Shown one piece after another: positions 1 to 14,920 of a stretch of DNA of 64,000 nt; positions within the stretch are counted from its first letter, which is position 1; each line of letters begins with the position of its first letter. The notes below the pieces were generated by a model. That model was not told the origin of the DNA. It saw nothing but the letters and a program-made list of their open reading frames with translations, and made no database searches. Source of the DNA: the human T2T-CHM13v2.0 reference genome, Homo sapiens; the NCBI RefSeq assembly GCF_009914755.1, contig NC_060931.1, one strand, 5' to 3'. The position numbers were made by a program, and so were the translations under genes.

Positions 1-390
<390 letters not shown>

Positions 391-1272
391 TTAATACACT
401 AACCCTTGAGATAAGAACCCTCAAAGTCACTCCTGCAAATCTAAGTCAAGACCCTGAAATCAGCAAAAAACCAGTTGCAACCTGGTTCCTTATTTTGTAA
501 AGTCATATTGCCCATATTTACAACTCTAGGCCACTGCTAGCCAAACTGTAAGCATTGGAGTCATTCTTCTGCCCTGTAATATAAAACTTGGGAGGGAGCA
601 AGTCACTCAGTTTATCTTCCCCAGAGAGCTGGGAAAAGTAATATTATGTCCAGAGCATAAGGGATTCAGAAGTTTACCAAAGTCCTGGGAACTTAAATTG
701 TAGGCAAAGATAATATTACTGTTGGTCACTGTCTACTTATTTTCTATTTAAGGAGTTTTATCTTCTTAGTAGAGGGGGTTGGTTTAATAGAGTGTAAGGG
801 GAAAAGTCTAGTGAGTGTATTGATTGACCATAGGATGATAAATGTGGGCAACTTATTTCCTAATCTTCCTCCAGATTTGACTAGCTGAGGGTGAATAAAA
901 TTATTTTTAATATAGCCAAGTCTTTTTTCTTTGCCTTGGGATTCTGCTACCATATATGTGCCTGGATGACACTTCTCTCCACCACCCCACCAAGAAAGAG
1001 TAAGAATTTATAGATGGGCACCAGGTAAAAGATATTTCAACATATGGTACTCTATGCCCAAATGTAGAGTTTTAGCATCTCAGCTAGGAACAATTAAGTT
1101 ATGCCAGCGTAGTACTTAAGGAAGGAAAGAAAGAAATACATACGGTATTTACACATCAAATACACCCACATTTTACTAGAAAAGAAGATGGTTATAATAC
1201 CTCATACCTCATGAGAAAGAACAAGGACCTTCATTATCAAGGGAAGAAAAGGTTTCTAAGGTATTGCACATA

Positions 1273-1572
1273 TTTTTTTTTTTTTTTAATTTGAGACAGG
1301 GTCTCGCTCTGTCACCCAGGCTGGAGTGTAGTGGCATGATCGTAGCTTACAGTAGCCTCAAATTTCTTGGCTCAAGTGATCCTCCCACTTCTTCCTCTGG
1401 AATAGCCGGGACTACAGGCATGCACCAACATGTCTGGCTTTTAAAAATTTTTTGGAGAGGCAGCGTCTTGCTATGTTGCCCAGGCTGATTTCGAACTCCT
1501 GGGTTTAAGCAATCCTCCCACCTTGGCCTCCCAAGGTGTGGAGATTATAGGCATGAGCTACTACATCCAGCT
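1273..1572 (-). mobile_element. Alu (AluJ-like)
   Basis: Poly-T followed by a diverged reverse-complement Alu. Confidence 0.93.
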
Positions 1573-2153
1573 GCATTGTACACATTATATGCAAAATAGA
1601 AGCAATCTGATGGGAAAGGAAGAAGATGAGGCTATTTAATGAAGCAAATTAGTTTTATGTCAGATTACACTCTCAGGTATGAAATATTTCTGAAAAAAAA
1701 AAGTTTGTGCAAAACACAGCGCTCTTATTATTGCACATTTCCTCCCTTTTGCTTGCTCAAGACAAATGCAATGCTGAAGAGGTTTTTACTCTGATGCTCT
1801 AACAAGAAGTGTACTTCTGTCACATCCAGAGTGACTGATAATGGTCAGGCCTATCCATTACTCCATTCAAATAATAGGGTTTCCTTGCTTTTAAGGTCAC
1901 TTGAGCTATAATGTTGTTATTGTCCTTTCTTCTGCTCTGTAGTCTCATTTTCCCAGAGGATTGGTAGAGAGAGAAAGGGGCATTGGGCAGCACTCAGTCA
2001 TGGGCAAAATGGCACTGTCACCAGTTTCGCTGAAGTCCTGAATCTCCTTGCTACTGATAGACACGCATGTGACAGTGGGTTTAGTGGGGACAAATAGCTT
2101 GGGCTTCAATATGGATTAAACAATAGCAACACAATAGCAGAAATCCATTCCTG

Positions 2154-2458
<305 letters not shown>

Positions 2459-2557
2459 AGAAATCCATTCTTGGATATTTTTTGTTCCAATTAGAAACTA
2501 GAGTGGAAAATACTCTAGTTTTGTGCCTAGCCACCACCTTATTATTAGAGCGAAAAA

Positions 2558-2900
2558 GGCCAGGTATAGTGGCTTATGCCTGTAATCCCAGCACTTTGGG
2601 AGGCCCAGGCAGGATAATTGCTTGAAGCCAGGACTTTGAGACCAGCCTGGGCAACAAAGCAGGACTCCATCTCTACAAAAAACGAAGTAAAAAATAAACT
2701 GAAATATACCATGCAGTGGTTCACATTTGTGATCCCAGTTACTTGGGCGGCTAGGGTAGGAGGATCACTTGAGCCCAGGAGTTTGAGGTGCAGTGAGCCA
2801 TGATTGCAACACTACACTCCAGCCTGGGAAACAGAGTAAGACCCTGTCTCTAAAACCCCTCCCCCTGCCAAAGAAAACAAAGAAACAAACAAACAAACAA
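2558..2900 (+). mobile_element. Alu (AluJ-like)
   Basis: Diverged dimer with an (AAAC)n tail. Confidence 0.92.
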
Positions 2901-3177
2901 AAACCACACACACACACAAAACCACACAGGACTCCTGGGTTCTCTCCTGAGTCCAGCTCTATCACTATGTAAGTATGTGACACTGGACAACACACCATAT
3001 CTCCTGGGCTTCTGTTTATCTATTTGTGTTAATATATGAACTACAGCATCTCTAATGTCATATTCAATTAAATAAATATCTATCAGTCCTGAAACAAGTC
3101 TACATAGCAATGTCCTGCTGGCCTGCTAGTCACTTTGTCACACATTTGGACTTCTTCACAATTTCTTGTAGGCCTGA

Positions 3178-3559
<382 letters not shown>

Positions 3560-3963
3560 AATGCCAGGCTTCGGTTTAATAGTTTTTCTTCAGTTTTTAA
3601 TTTTGTAACGTTTCAAACCTTCAGAAAAGTTGCAGGCAGAGAACAATGAAGGGTCTCGTACCCTTCACTAAGATTTACCAATTGTTAACATTTTGCCACA
3701 TTTATTTTCTATTTCTCTTTCTCTACTCCCTTCCTTAATATATACATTGCTGAACCATTTGAGAATTTATTGCAGACATCATGACACTTCATCCCTAAAC
3801 ACTCCTTAAAGATAGCATTTATTTCCTAAGAAAAGAGACATTCTTCTACGTAACCACAATACAACTACTTGAAAATTTTAACAATGATTCGACACTATTA
3901 TCTAAAGTATATTCCATACTCAAATTTCCTCAATTGTCCTAATAATGTGTCCCAATAATGCTT

Positions 3964-4394
3964 CATATGGTTTGGATGTTTGTCCCCTCCAAATCTCATG
4001 TTGAAATATGATTCCCCTTGTTGGAGGTGGGGCATGATGAGAGGTGATTGGATCTTGGGGGTGGATCCCTTATGAATGGTTTAGTATCATCCCCTTAGAG
4101 ATAAGTGAACTTTTGCTCAGTTAGTTCACATGAGATCTGGTTGTTTAAAAGAGTGTGATGCCTCCCACTTCACCCCTTGCTCCCACTGTTGCCATGTGAC
4201 ACCCCTGGTCCCACTGTGTCTTCTGCCATGATTGTAAGTTTCCTGAGTCCTTCACCAGGAGCAGATCAGATGCTGGAGCCATGCTAAAACAGCCTATACA
4301 GCCTGCAGAACTGTGAGCCAAATAAACCCCTTTTCTTTATAAATTACGCAGTCTCAGGTATTCCTTTATGCCAACACAAAAATGGCCTCATACA
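3964..4394 (+). mobile_element. MaLR solo LTR (MSTB-like)
   Basis: ATATGGTTTGGATGTTTGTCCCCTCCAAATCTCATGTTGAAA start; CAGCCTGCAGAACTGTGAGCCAAATAAAC...ATACA end. Confidence 0.88.
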
Positions 4395-4417
4395 ATGTCC
4401 TATGTAGTTTAAGTTCA

Positions 4418-4724
4418 TTTTATTTTATTTACTTATTTTTTTGAGACGGAGTCTTCATCTGTCGTCCAGGCTGGAGTGCAGTTGCAAGATTTCGCCTCAC
4501 TGGAAACTTCACCTCCCAGGTTCAAGTGATTCTCCTGCCTCAGCCTCCTGAGTAGCTGGGATTACAGGCGCCTGCCACCAAACCCAGCTAATTTTTGTAT
4601 TTTTAGTAGAGATGGGGTTTTGCCATGTTGGCCAGGCTGGTCTGGAACCCCTGACATCAAGTGATCTGCCTGCCTCAGCCTCCCAAAGTGTTGGGATTAC
4701 AGGCATGAGCCACTGCGCCCGGCC
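4418..4724 (-). mobile_element. Alu (AluSx-like) with TSD
   Basis: Flanked by AATGTCC(T/C)ATGTAGTTTA. Confidence 0.95.
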
Positions 4725-5304
4725 AATGTCCCATGTAGTTTTATTTATTTTTATCTTTTATATTCCAGGATCCAATCAAGGATTATTTGTTGCATTCAAT
4801 TTTCATTTTTTCCTTCCCTTGAACTATAATTCCCCAGCCTTGTTTGATTTTCATGTTATTGACATTTTTTGAAGAATTTAGGACAATTGTTTTGCAGAAT
4901 GTCCCTCAATTTGAGTTTGTTTGGCTGTGCCCTAATGATTAGATTCAGGTTAAGTATTTTTGGAAGGAATAGCGTATGGTTTGCTGTGTTCTTCTCAGTG
5001 TATCACATCCAGATGTAAGTGATGTAACTGGTGATAGTAAGTTTGATCATTTGGTTAAGGTGGTATTCGCCAAATATCTGCAAAATTAAAGTGCCATGTC
5101 CCTTTAAAAGTAACAAGTAATCTTGGATGTGACACTTTGAAACTTGGTAAATATCCTGTTTCCCAAAGATTTTGACATCCATCAACAGTGGTGGTTGTAA
5201 GATTACCATGTTTTAATTGCTCTTTACAAAGGTGAATTGGGATAATCAACAGATCTCTGAGGAATCAGTCAGGGTGGACTTCGGTCCACAGAAAAACCCT
5301 GGGG

Positions 5305-5346
5305 AGTGCGTGTGTGTGTGTGTATGTGTGTGTGTGTGTGTGTGTG
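5305..5346. repeat. (TG)n microsatellite
   Basis: Direct reading. Confidence 0.95.
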
Positions 5347-5388
5347 TTTATGATGGAGGTGCTGAAGTAAATTGAGAAGGTAAAGTGG

Positions 5389-5664
5389 GGCTGGGCACAG
5401 TGGCTCATGCCTGTAATCCCTGCACTTTGGGAGGCCGAGGCAGCCAGATCCCTTGAGGTCAGGAGTTTGAGAGTAGCCTGGCAACATGGTGAAATCCTGT
5501 CTCTACTACAAATACAATAATTAGCCGGGCATGGTGGCACACGCCTGTATTCCCAGATACTTGGGAGGCTGAGGCAGGAGAATCGCTTGAATTCAGGAGG
5601 CGGAGGTTGCAGTGAGCTGAGATTGTGCCACTCTAGCCTGGGCGACAGAGCAAGATTCCATCTC

Positions 5665-5710
<46 letters not shown>

Positions 5711-6032
5711 TAAAGTGGGCTGACCACGGTGGTTCATGTCTATAATCCCAGCACTTTGGGAGGCTGAGACAGGAGAATCAATTGAGGTCAGTAGTTTGAG
5801 ACCAGCCTGGGCAACATAGCGAGACCCCATCTCTGTAAAAATAAATAAATAAATAAATAAACAAAATTAGCCGGGTGTGGTGGTGCATGTCTGAAGTCCC
5901 AACTACTTGAGAGGCTGAGAAGAGAGGATCACTTGAACCCAGGAGTTTGAGGCCTGGGTGAGCCAAGACCATGCCACCGTACTCCAGCCTGGATAACAGA
6001 GCAAGACCCTGTTTCAAAGAAAAAAAAAAAAA
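5389..6032 (+). mobile_element. Two head-to-tail Alus (AluS-like 5389-5709 with (AAT)n tail; AluJ-like 5718-6032)
   Basis: Two full dimers separated by GTAAAGTG. Confidence 0.94.
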
Positions 6033-6235
6033 GTAAAGCGACATGCTGTTAGGATTTTAAGCAGTTTCAGTGGAGGCTTTGGGGATGTCTCACGCTCAGA
6101 ATCAAGAAAAATAAACTGTTGCTAGGTGTTGAACAGAACAAACACAATATACTATTTCTGTCTTTGCAATTTCTCCATAGTGTAAGACTTAGAGCTTAAA
6201 AATAATGGGTACATGCAATACAAATAATGCATTCA

Positions 6236-6637
<402 letters not shown>

Positions 6638-6847
6638 TTATATTTTTTGTTGTAATTTCACTAAACTTCTGTTAGATAAAGTTTAGGTATTATTAACAGG
6701 AAACAATTAGTAATCAATAATGTGGGATGAGCAAAAATTTGCAATCGAGTTTACAGATAATGAAGTGATGATTTCATGTGTTAAGCAAGAGTAACATTCA
6801 GGAGATTGATTTTACAAAGAGAGAGTAGCAAATAATTTGAGTATGCC

Positions 6848-7147
6848 TTTTTTTTTTTTTGAGAGAGAGGGTGTCACCCTGTTACCTAGGCTAGAGTGCA
6901 GTGGCACAATCACAGCTCACTGCAGCCTTGACCTCTGGGGCCCAAGCAATCCTCCCACCTCAGCCTTCTCAGCTTTCCTAGTATCTGGGACTGCAGGTGC
7001 ATGCCACCACACCCAGCTAATATTTGTATATTTTGAGAGAGGGGACTTCGCCATGTTGCCCAGACTGGTCTTGAACTCTGGACTCAAGCAATCCACCTGC
7101 CTCCGTCTCCCAAAGTGCTGGGATTACAGAGCACCCTGTGCCCAGCT
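6848..7147 (-). mobile_element. Alu (AluJ-like)
   Basis: Poly-T plus reverse Alu; AG(T/C)ATGCCT flanks. Confidence 0.92.
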
Positions 7148-8759
7148 AAGCATGCCTGTTTTTATCTTGAACAATTATACTACAGTATGTCTACATTTTT
7201 TTTCTTCATGTTTCCCTGATTTATCAGAGTTAATTTTCAACAAAAGCAGGATTCTATACCAATGTGTGAGACTAGTTATTAAATGATAGGGAGAACAAAC
7301 CAAATGTTACAATAAAGGGAAAACATTCTGCAGAGAAGAACAAAAATAAATAATAATAGCAATAATCATGATGATGATAAAGAATGCTAATGAGCTTTGA
7401 TAAAAAAAAACCCTGTAAAGCGAAGATATTCTAATAATAGTACAGTAACATGAACCGAGAAGGTGAATTGTGTAAGAGATTACATTTTAAGTGGCAAGAA
7501 CAATCGGACATAGGAAACAAGGATATAAGATCATAAAACAATAGATGCCATGTAGTCAAGCAATAGACATAAAGAAGCCTTAGCAAATTTTTTTTTGCCT
7601 TGCAGAATTATATTAATGTATGTCTTCTTTCGTTATCTTCCTATTTCTCTGGTTTATCAGGCGATTTGAACTCAAAGCAGGGAGAACAATGTTTTACTAT
7701 GACGTCAGTGTTTTAGGAAAAAGAGCCAGGAATGTGAAAAGTAAGCTCTTTGCAAATACAATGATGTCATTGTTGCTGCTGTTGTGCTTCTAGGATAAGT
7801 GTGTGATTGTTAATTGTGAAAACACAAATAGTAGTGGATACAATTTTTCTTAGAACAGAAGTGCTATGCCACTAAAACACGCATAATGGAGATTACAAGA
7901 ACAATCAACAAAGTGCAGCGTATTATAAAGACTGACTTTTAAGCTGCAATATAGCCAATATACACTGTTAAGAACCCAGAATTATCTCATGAATGAATAA
8001 TGAAATAAATAGCCATGTTTTATTAGCTTTATATAAAACTATCTACAAGTTGAACAACCTTTTTGAGCCCTTTTTAAAAACATTTTTGCAATTTGCTGGA
8101 GCAATGGTTTCTTTTCTGTTTTTTTCTTTGAGCTACAGTGGCTAATCTGATTTTGGCGTTTCAGTAATTATGTCAATTAATATGTGCTGAGAGAAATTTC
8201 ATTTGTTGAAATGGATACCAGGTGAATATATAATTAGTAGAAGGTTGTCTCTTTAAGTCTTTGTGTGCAATTTTCCAAGATTAGCTGCAATGGAACAGTA
8301 GCATTAGAATAGAGATAGCTAGCTTCTTATCAACTATCCTACTTAACTATTTCATGAAAGTTTCTGGTAAGATGAGCCCACTCTAGAAACGGGGCAACAT
8401 TTTTTATTTGGGTAGTTCAAACAGCAAAGTGTTTGTTTGTTCTGAAAGTCAAGAAATCTTCATCATAAATGAAGATGTTGTTTCCTCTTTTTAGAATCTT
8501 TCCAAAGAATAATGGAACTTGAAGATAAATGAAATTCCTAGATATTCATTACCTCATATAGAAACATCTACTGTCTTCCAAAATTGACAGAGGCACTAAG
8601 AAACTCAAATACTACCAACTCATTTTTAAGGACACATGCTTGGTAGGATCCCATGTTAATACTAAGGCTAAGTTCCTTCAGGCTTCTTTTTTAGGGGTTT
8701 TGAAGTAGATGTACGAATATCCAAAACTTCATGTCTTTATCTGCACTATAAAATACTGC

Positions 8760-9543
<784 letters not shown>

Positions 9544-9711
9544 ATACTATATGTTGTTTAGGGATACTTCCACATGTCATAAAAATACAGAGAAATGCAT
9601 GGAATGATAAGCAAGGAATTCAGGATAATGATTCCGGGGAGGCGGTAAGGGAGTGGAAGGAGAAAGGGTGATGGAAAATGGAGAGAGAAAACAAAATCCC
9701 AGAGGAGATAT

Positions 9712-10983
9712 TGTTATGGGATCTCTGGGGTGTCAATTTTTCTGGCCGGAAACCTCTGTGGCTGTAGCACCTTGGCCTGAGTTCTTGTCCTGTGTCCAGG
9801 AAGAATGAGGGATGCAGACAAGTGAAGGGCGAAGAAGAAGAGTTTTATTTTAGTGTTAGAACAGCTTAGAGGAGTGGGTAGCTCCTCTCTGTACATAGGT
9901 AGTCCAGTCCAGTGTTCAGTGGTTAGCAGAGATGAGGCTCTGGAGAGGGTGGGACTTCTCACTGCAGGCAAGTCATTCCAATGTCTCTGCAGGTCTCTGA
10001 AGCTCTCAGGAGACAGAGTAGCTCCTTTTGGCTGGCAGGTGGTCTCGGCAGGTGGTATCTGTAGTTCTCAGTGGAGAGGGTACTCCTGTCTGCAACTGGT
10101 CACCCCATTGTCTCCAGCTATCAGCAGAGGGTACTTCTCTATGCTGGTGGTCGTCCCATCCCGTTGTCTCCCTGTTCGTCTTCTAGCCATCCTCTACCCT
10201 GCTCTGGCTGAGCCCAGGGCTTTTATGGACCTCAGAGGGGAGGAAGTGTCTACAGATTGGCCCATGGATGACCATGGGCGGCCATGGAACAGGCACCAGG
10301 AGTCCCCACTCTGTTTGGAGGGACTGGCAACCCTGTCCTAGCCTTCAAGCCCTCCCTGGCCTGAGGGTGGGGCCTTACTGGGGACCCTGCCCCATTCCGC
10401 CCAGAACTCTATCTGCCTCCTGCTGCCATTCCTGGCCCCAAGGCTTGGCTCCAACCCTGCTCTGATCCAGGAGCAGAAAGAGGCCAGGCAGTGGGAGTAG
10501 ATACCCCTAAGCCTGCAAGGAGGGGGATGTGCAGGGATCCTTTCTGGGGGGCCTGAGGGTGCAGGCTGCAGAGACGACCCGGTCCTGTGCGCCTGGGAAG
10601 GCGGCTGCAGCTGCTCCTAGGAGCTCCTGCCCTGCCAACTCAGAAGGGGCAGGGCTCCCGCTTGTCCCTTGCCCCTGCCTGCTTTTTCCTGGAGCGGTAG
10701 GCCCAGGTCTGCAGCCACGGGTGCGGCGGCTGCAGCTGCACCCGGGAAGGCAGATCCTGCCCCTTCCCGGCTCCCCCAAGAGCTGCAGTTTGGGTGGCTA
10801 TAGCCCCGCCGCCAGGTACAGCAGGAGGCCTGGGTCTGCGCTGTGGTTTGGGTGGCTGCAGCCGCATGGGTAGCTCCTGTCCCAACTCAAAAGGGACAGG
10901 GCTCCCACTTGCTCCATGGAGTGTGCAGCCCCAGCTGCGCTTCCCTGCTGCAGCAGGCATGATGGCAGCAGCCACTGACATCA
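9712..10983 (-). mobile_element. ERV1 solo LTR, MER52-like
   Basis: TG...CA termini, near 4-bp TSD (ATAT/GTAT), GC-rich internal duplicated blocks, MER52-type ends (GCTGCCATCATGCCTGCTGCAGCAGGG; GAGGTTTCCGGCC...GATCCCATAACA on the minus strand). Confidence 0.8.
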
Positions 10984-13126
10984 GTATTATACACAGGAGG
11001 GTTCGAGTATTTTGGAAATGTTTTATTTCTTACGCTACTGGGGAGTACATGATTGTTCATTATATTATTTTGAAATATTTAATAACACATTAAAATATTC
11101 ATAAATTAAAGTGTCACATAAGCAGAGAAGCTGTTAATTCTGAATGGAAGTAGTAACTAAAGTAAGCTTTCTAGATGAGTTGGCCTTAATGGTTAAATTG
11201 GTCTTGAGGGATGGGTGGAAATTCAGCAATTCTGGATGGCAGGAAAGGAGATTGTAGGACGCTGGACCAGCATGAGCAAAGGTGTGGGGGTGTTCTGGGA
11301 AGGAGCTGGGATGCATAGAAATATATTAATATATACTGCAATAAATGAGGTTGATAAGATTACTGGGGCAAGACCATGAAAGGCCTTGAACACAGCAGAA
11401 ATACAAAATAATTACTATACTAAGTTTTGTAAATAGGAGCATGAATTAGGTCTGGGCTATAACTTATTTTTTTTTACATAATTCCAAAGAGTTGATAATT
11501 TCTTCAACTGGGATGTTATCTTATCTGAATCTGACCAGTTTAGATTTATACTGCTCTTCAAATAAACATAAAAATCACAATTCATCACAAGTCATCTACC
11601 AAATCTATTAGAAGAATTGATCGTCAGACTCATGATCAGTAATAAATACTGAGATCTCTCACTGGTAGCTTTAAAGAGTCATTTAAAGTTTCTTCTTATG
11701 ACTATTCATCAATTTTCCTACCTGGTCATGTCAAGTGAAACCTCAAATAGAAAACATTGCCTTGAGAAGGGATAGAAATACTGGTTGGTTTTTAAAATAA
11801 ATCTAAAGCTTATTAAATTTGCCAGAATGGCCATTTTACATGAACATCATTTGGTCACCAGCAGGCATCTTTCATTGGCTTCACATGGTAGAGTCTGAAG
11901 AATATGGGTTGATCAATGTGTCATTCATCAGAGACACCTGCAGAGATGATGAAAGTTTATCGTACAATATTATGGAAGGAAACACAACATTTAGCAAATT
12001 GAACCACTCATCTCCTCCTCCCCCCTTTTTTAAACATTAAAACTGCAGTTTGAAAAACAACTTCCAATGTGAAAAAAAATTAAAACAGCAGGTGATAATT
12101 AGGGCAAAGTTACAACAATGTTATTGCTGATGGGCTACCTGTCAGTTAATGCAAGTTATCACTTCAACCCAGGAATAGTTATTATTAAAAACAACTTATG
12201 GGGGTTAAAGAAAGGATGTTAAATGTGTTAGTCTCCTTATTTGCTCACTTGGAAATGGCTTAGAGATAGCTCCATTAACCACCTCAGTTCTATCCTGGTC
12301 TCGGCAAGGAATGCACACAAAATAACTGAAAGTTATAAACGACCAAAACATAAACCTTAGATGCCTTGAGTTAAAATCAATTTTCCTAATAAATTCAAAT
12401 ATTACAAACCAGTATGTAATATCAAGAATGAGGTACTAATAATTACCATGTTGGCAGAGTGCAAAGTGCAAGACAGAGGGATATAAAAATTTAGCAATTC
12501 AGAAAGTCTGATACAAAAATAGCTTTTACTAGTGTGAGGCTCAGAGTTCAGTTCAATCACTGAGCTATAATAGTATATTCTCTGACTAGTCAAGGTTGAA
12601 TGTTCAAGATGTAGTTTGAGTATTAATCATTGATTCAAATAAAAGCACAACTGAAGAGGCTCTCCTGAGTTAAGTAGTTTATTCCTGAACACAGATGTAA
12701 CTTTTTCCCTTTGTATTTTCCAGAACCACTTGACTGTTTTCCCTACTATACAAGCAACCTATTTTGGAATTATTTCTTTAGCTTTACTCTTTATCAACTA
12801 TAATCTTTTGGGCAAAGAATTCACCTAAGCTTTTGCTGGTATGAATTATGAGTTCATTCATACTGGCCATTTCAAGTTTAAGCTTTAACTTTCATGCTAC
12901 CCAGTAAGAAATCTGATAATATGCTATATAATTCATCTTGGTTTACTATATGGTATTCCATTGTACAGCAAATGTATTGTAGGATTCCATTTATATGAAG
13001 TACAAAAACAGACAAAAATCATTTATGCTATTAAAAGTCAGGATAGTGGTTACCCTTGATAGGGAGGTGATGACTAAGAGTGGGCACAAATTTGGCAAAT
13101 AGTATTGTATGAATAAACCACATCTT

Positions 13127-13454
13127 TTTTTTTTTTTTTTATTTTAAGTTCTGGGATGCATGTCCAGAACGTGCAGGTTTGTTACATAGGTATACATGTG
13201 CCATGATGGTTTGCTGCACCTGTCAACCCATCATCTAGGTTTTAAGCTGCGCAAGCATTAGGTATTTGTCCTAATGCTCTCCCTCCCCTTGCCCCCCACC
13301 CCTCAACAGGCCCCAGTGTGTGATGTTCCCCTCCCTGTGTCCATGTGTTCTCATTGTTCAACTCCCACTTATGAGTGAGAACATGCGGTGTTTGATTTTC
13401 TGTTCCTGTGTTAGTTTGCTGAGAATGATGGCTTCCAGCTTCATTTATGTCCCA
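13127..13454 (-). mobile_element. 5'-truncated primate L1 (L1PA) 3' end
   Basis: Typical L1PA 3' UTR plus poly-T; perfect 15-bp TSD AATAAACCACATCTT at 13112-13126 and 13455-13469. Confidence 0.93.
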
Positions 13455-13594
13455 AATAAACCACATCTTATTTATCTATTTTACTATTCATAAGCATTGG
13501 GTAGTGTCATTAATAATAAAAAAAAACGAAGTATTATATAGGTACTCATATGTACACAAGCAATACTCATATGCATTTATATATACACAGCATT

Positions 13595-14185
13595 TTAAAG
13601 CTTTTTATTGAAGCATAATTTACATACACAGAGATGCATATATCAATAGTACAGCTCAATGAATTTTCACAAACTGAACACACCAGTACCCAGCTCAAGA
13701 AACAACACTACCAGCTCCCCAGAAGCCGATTGGTGTTCTCTCCTAGTCATCAGCTCTCTCTCAAGGGTAACCACTATCCTGACTTTGAATAGCATCAATG
13801 ACTTTTGTCTGTTTCTGTACTTCACATAAATGGAGTCCCGCAATTGTACATCTCCCTTTTTTCACTTAGCACATTTGTAAGGTTCATATATTTTACTGCA
13901 TTTGGAAGCAGATTGTTCATTCTTAGTGTGGTAGAATGTACTCTGTTGTATGAATATACCACCAATTATTTATCTATTTTACTGTTTATGACCATTTGGG
14001 TTGTTTCCTGGTTGGGGGTTATTTATGAATAGGGTTGCTCTGAGTGATTTAATAGTCTTTTGGCACACATGGGACATTGGTATATTCCTAAGCGTGGAAC
14101 TGCTGGGCCATAGGGTTTTCATATGTTTAACTTTAACAGATATTGCCAGTTTTCCAAAGTGGTTGTACTATATACCTAGCATTTG
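13595..14185 (-). mobile_element. Old L1 (L1MD/ME-like) 3' fragment
   Basis: TACAGCTCAATGAATTTTCACAAACTGAACACACC...AACCACTATCCTGACT...TTTTCCAAAGTGGTTGTAC motifs. Confidence 0.75.
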
Positions 14186-14224
14186 ACTTCCTGAGGAATC
14201 ATTCTAAGAAGGGCATTTCAGCAT

Positions 14225-14445
14225 AACCATTAAGAGAACAGGTTTTGGAGTCACTCAGATCAAATTTAGCTTATGACTAAGGAGTGGAGGCACCTTGGAC
14301 AATATGCTTAACTTTAAGCCTCAGTTTACTCAACTGTAAAATAGGAATAATAAAACTTTTCTCAAAATTTATGAGAATTAAATGAGATATTATTTTAATG
14401 CAGTTAGAACAGTGCCTGAAACATAATAAATGCTTAGCTTATTAT
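14225..14445 (+). mobile_element. MIR
   Basis: MIR core AGCCTCAGTTT...CTGTAAAATAGGAATAATA...GAGAATTAAATGAGAT. Confidence 0.8.
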
Positions 14446-14920
14446 ATGGCAGTTATTAATCGCTAGCAGTTAAAACACAGGCAAAATGGAGAATTAGAAA
14501 CAAATATGGGCAATATAATCCAGAAACAATTTTAATTGTATGACTGAAGAAACCTAAGAAACTCTGACCCAAAAGGCATTGCTAATTCCAGGGAAGATTA
14601 TATTGAATGCTGAACATTATCCCAAAATGCGTTTGCAAATTACCCTCACCAGAGGCAAGGTTCTTGGATGCAGTGTATTATCATTCATTTTTTTTTCCAG
14701 TTATTACTCTTTAAAGACAGGACTGCCAAGGGCTACTCTAGAAAGTCACTAATATAATACCTTTTATTATATTTCCCAATTTCACACCTTCCTCAACCCA
14801 ATCCCCAAAGTTGTTGAAAGGTGACTGTAATTGCATCGTTAGTTCTTAGCTTTCCTGGAATCTTATCTAAGACAACTTTCACATCCCCCAAAACCCTAAA
14901 AATAAGCCCAGATTTTTGCT

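Larger units (their letters stand above)
3590..5220 (-). mobile_element. Old L1 3' end (L1MC4/5-like), interrupted by an MST LTR and an Alu
   Basis: L1MC-type motifs (AGAAAAGTTGCA...CAATTGTTAACATTTTGCCACATTT; AGAATGTCCCTCAATTTG...ATGATTAGATTCAGGTTA) on both sides of the insertions. Confidence 0.7.

Noticed and set aside
9853-11093. Overlapping 85-162 aa ORFs
   Set aside because: Fall within the GC-rich MER52-like LTR; no gag/pol/env similarity.
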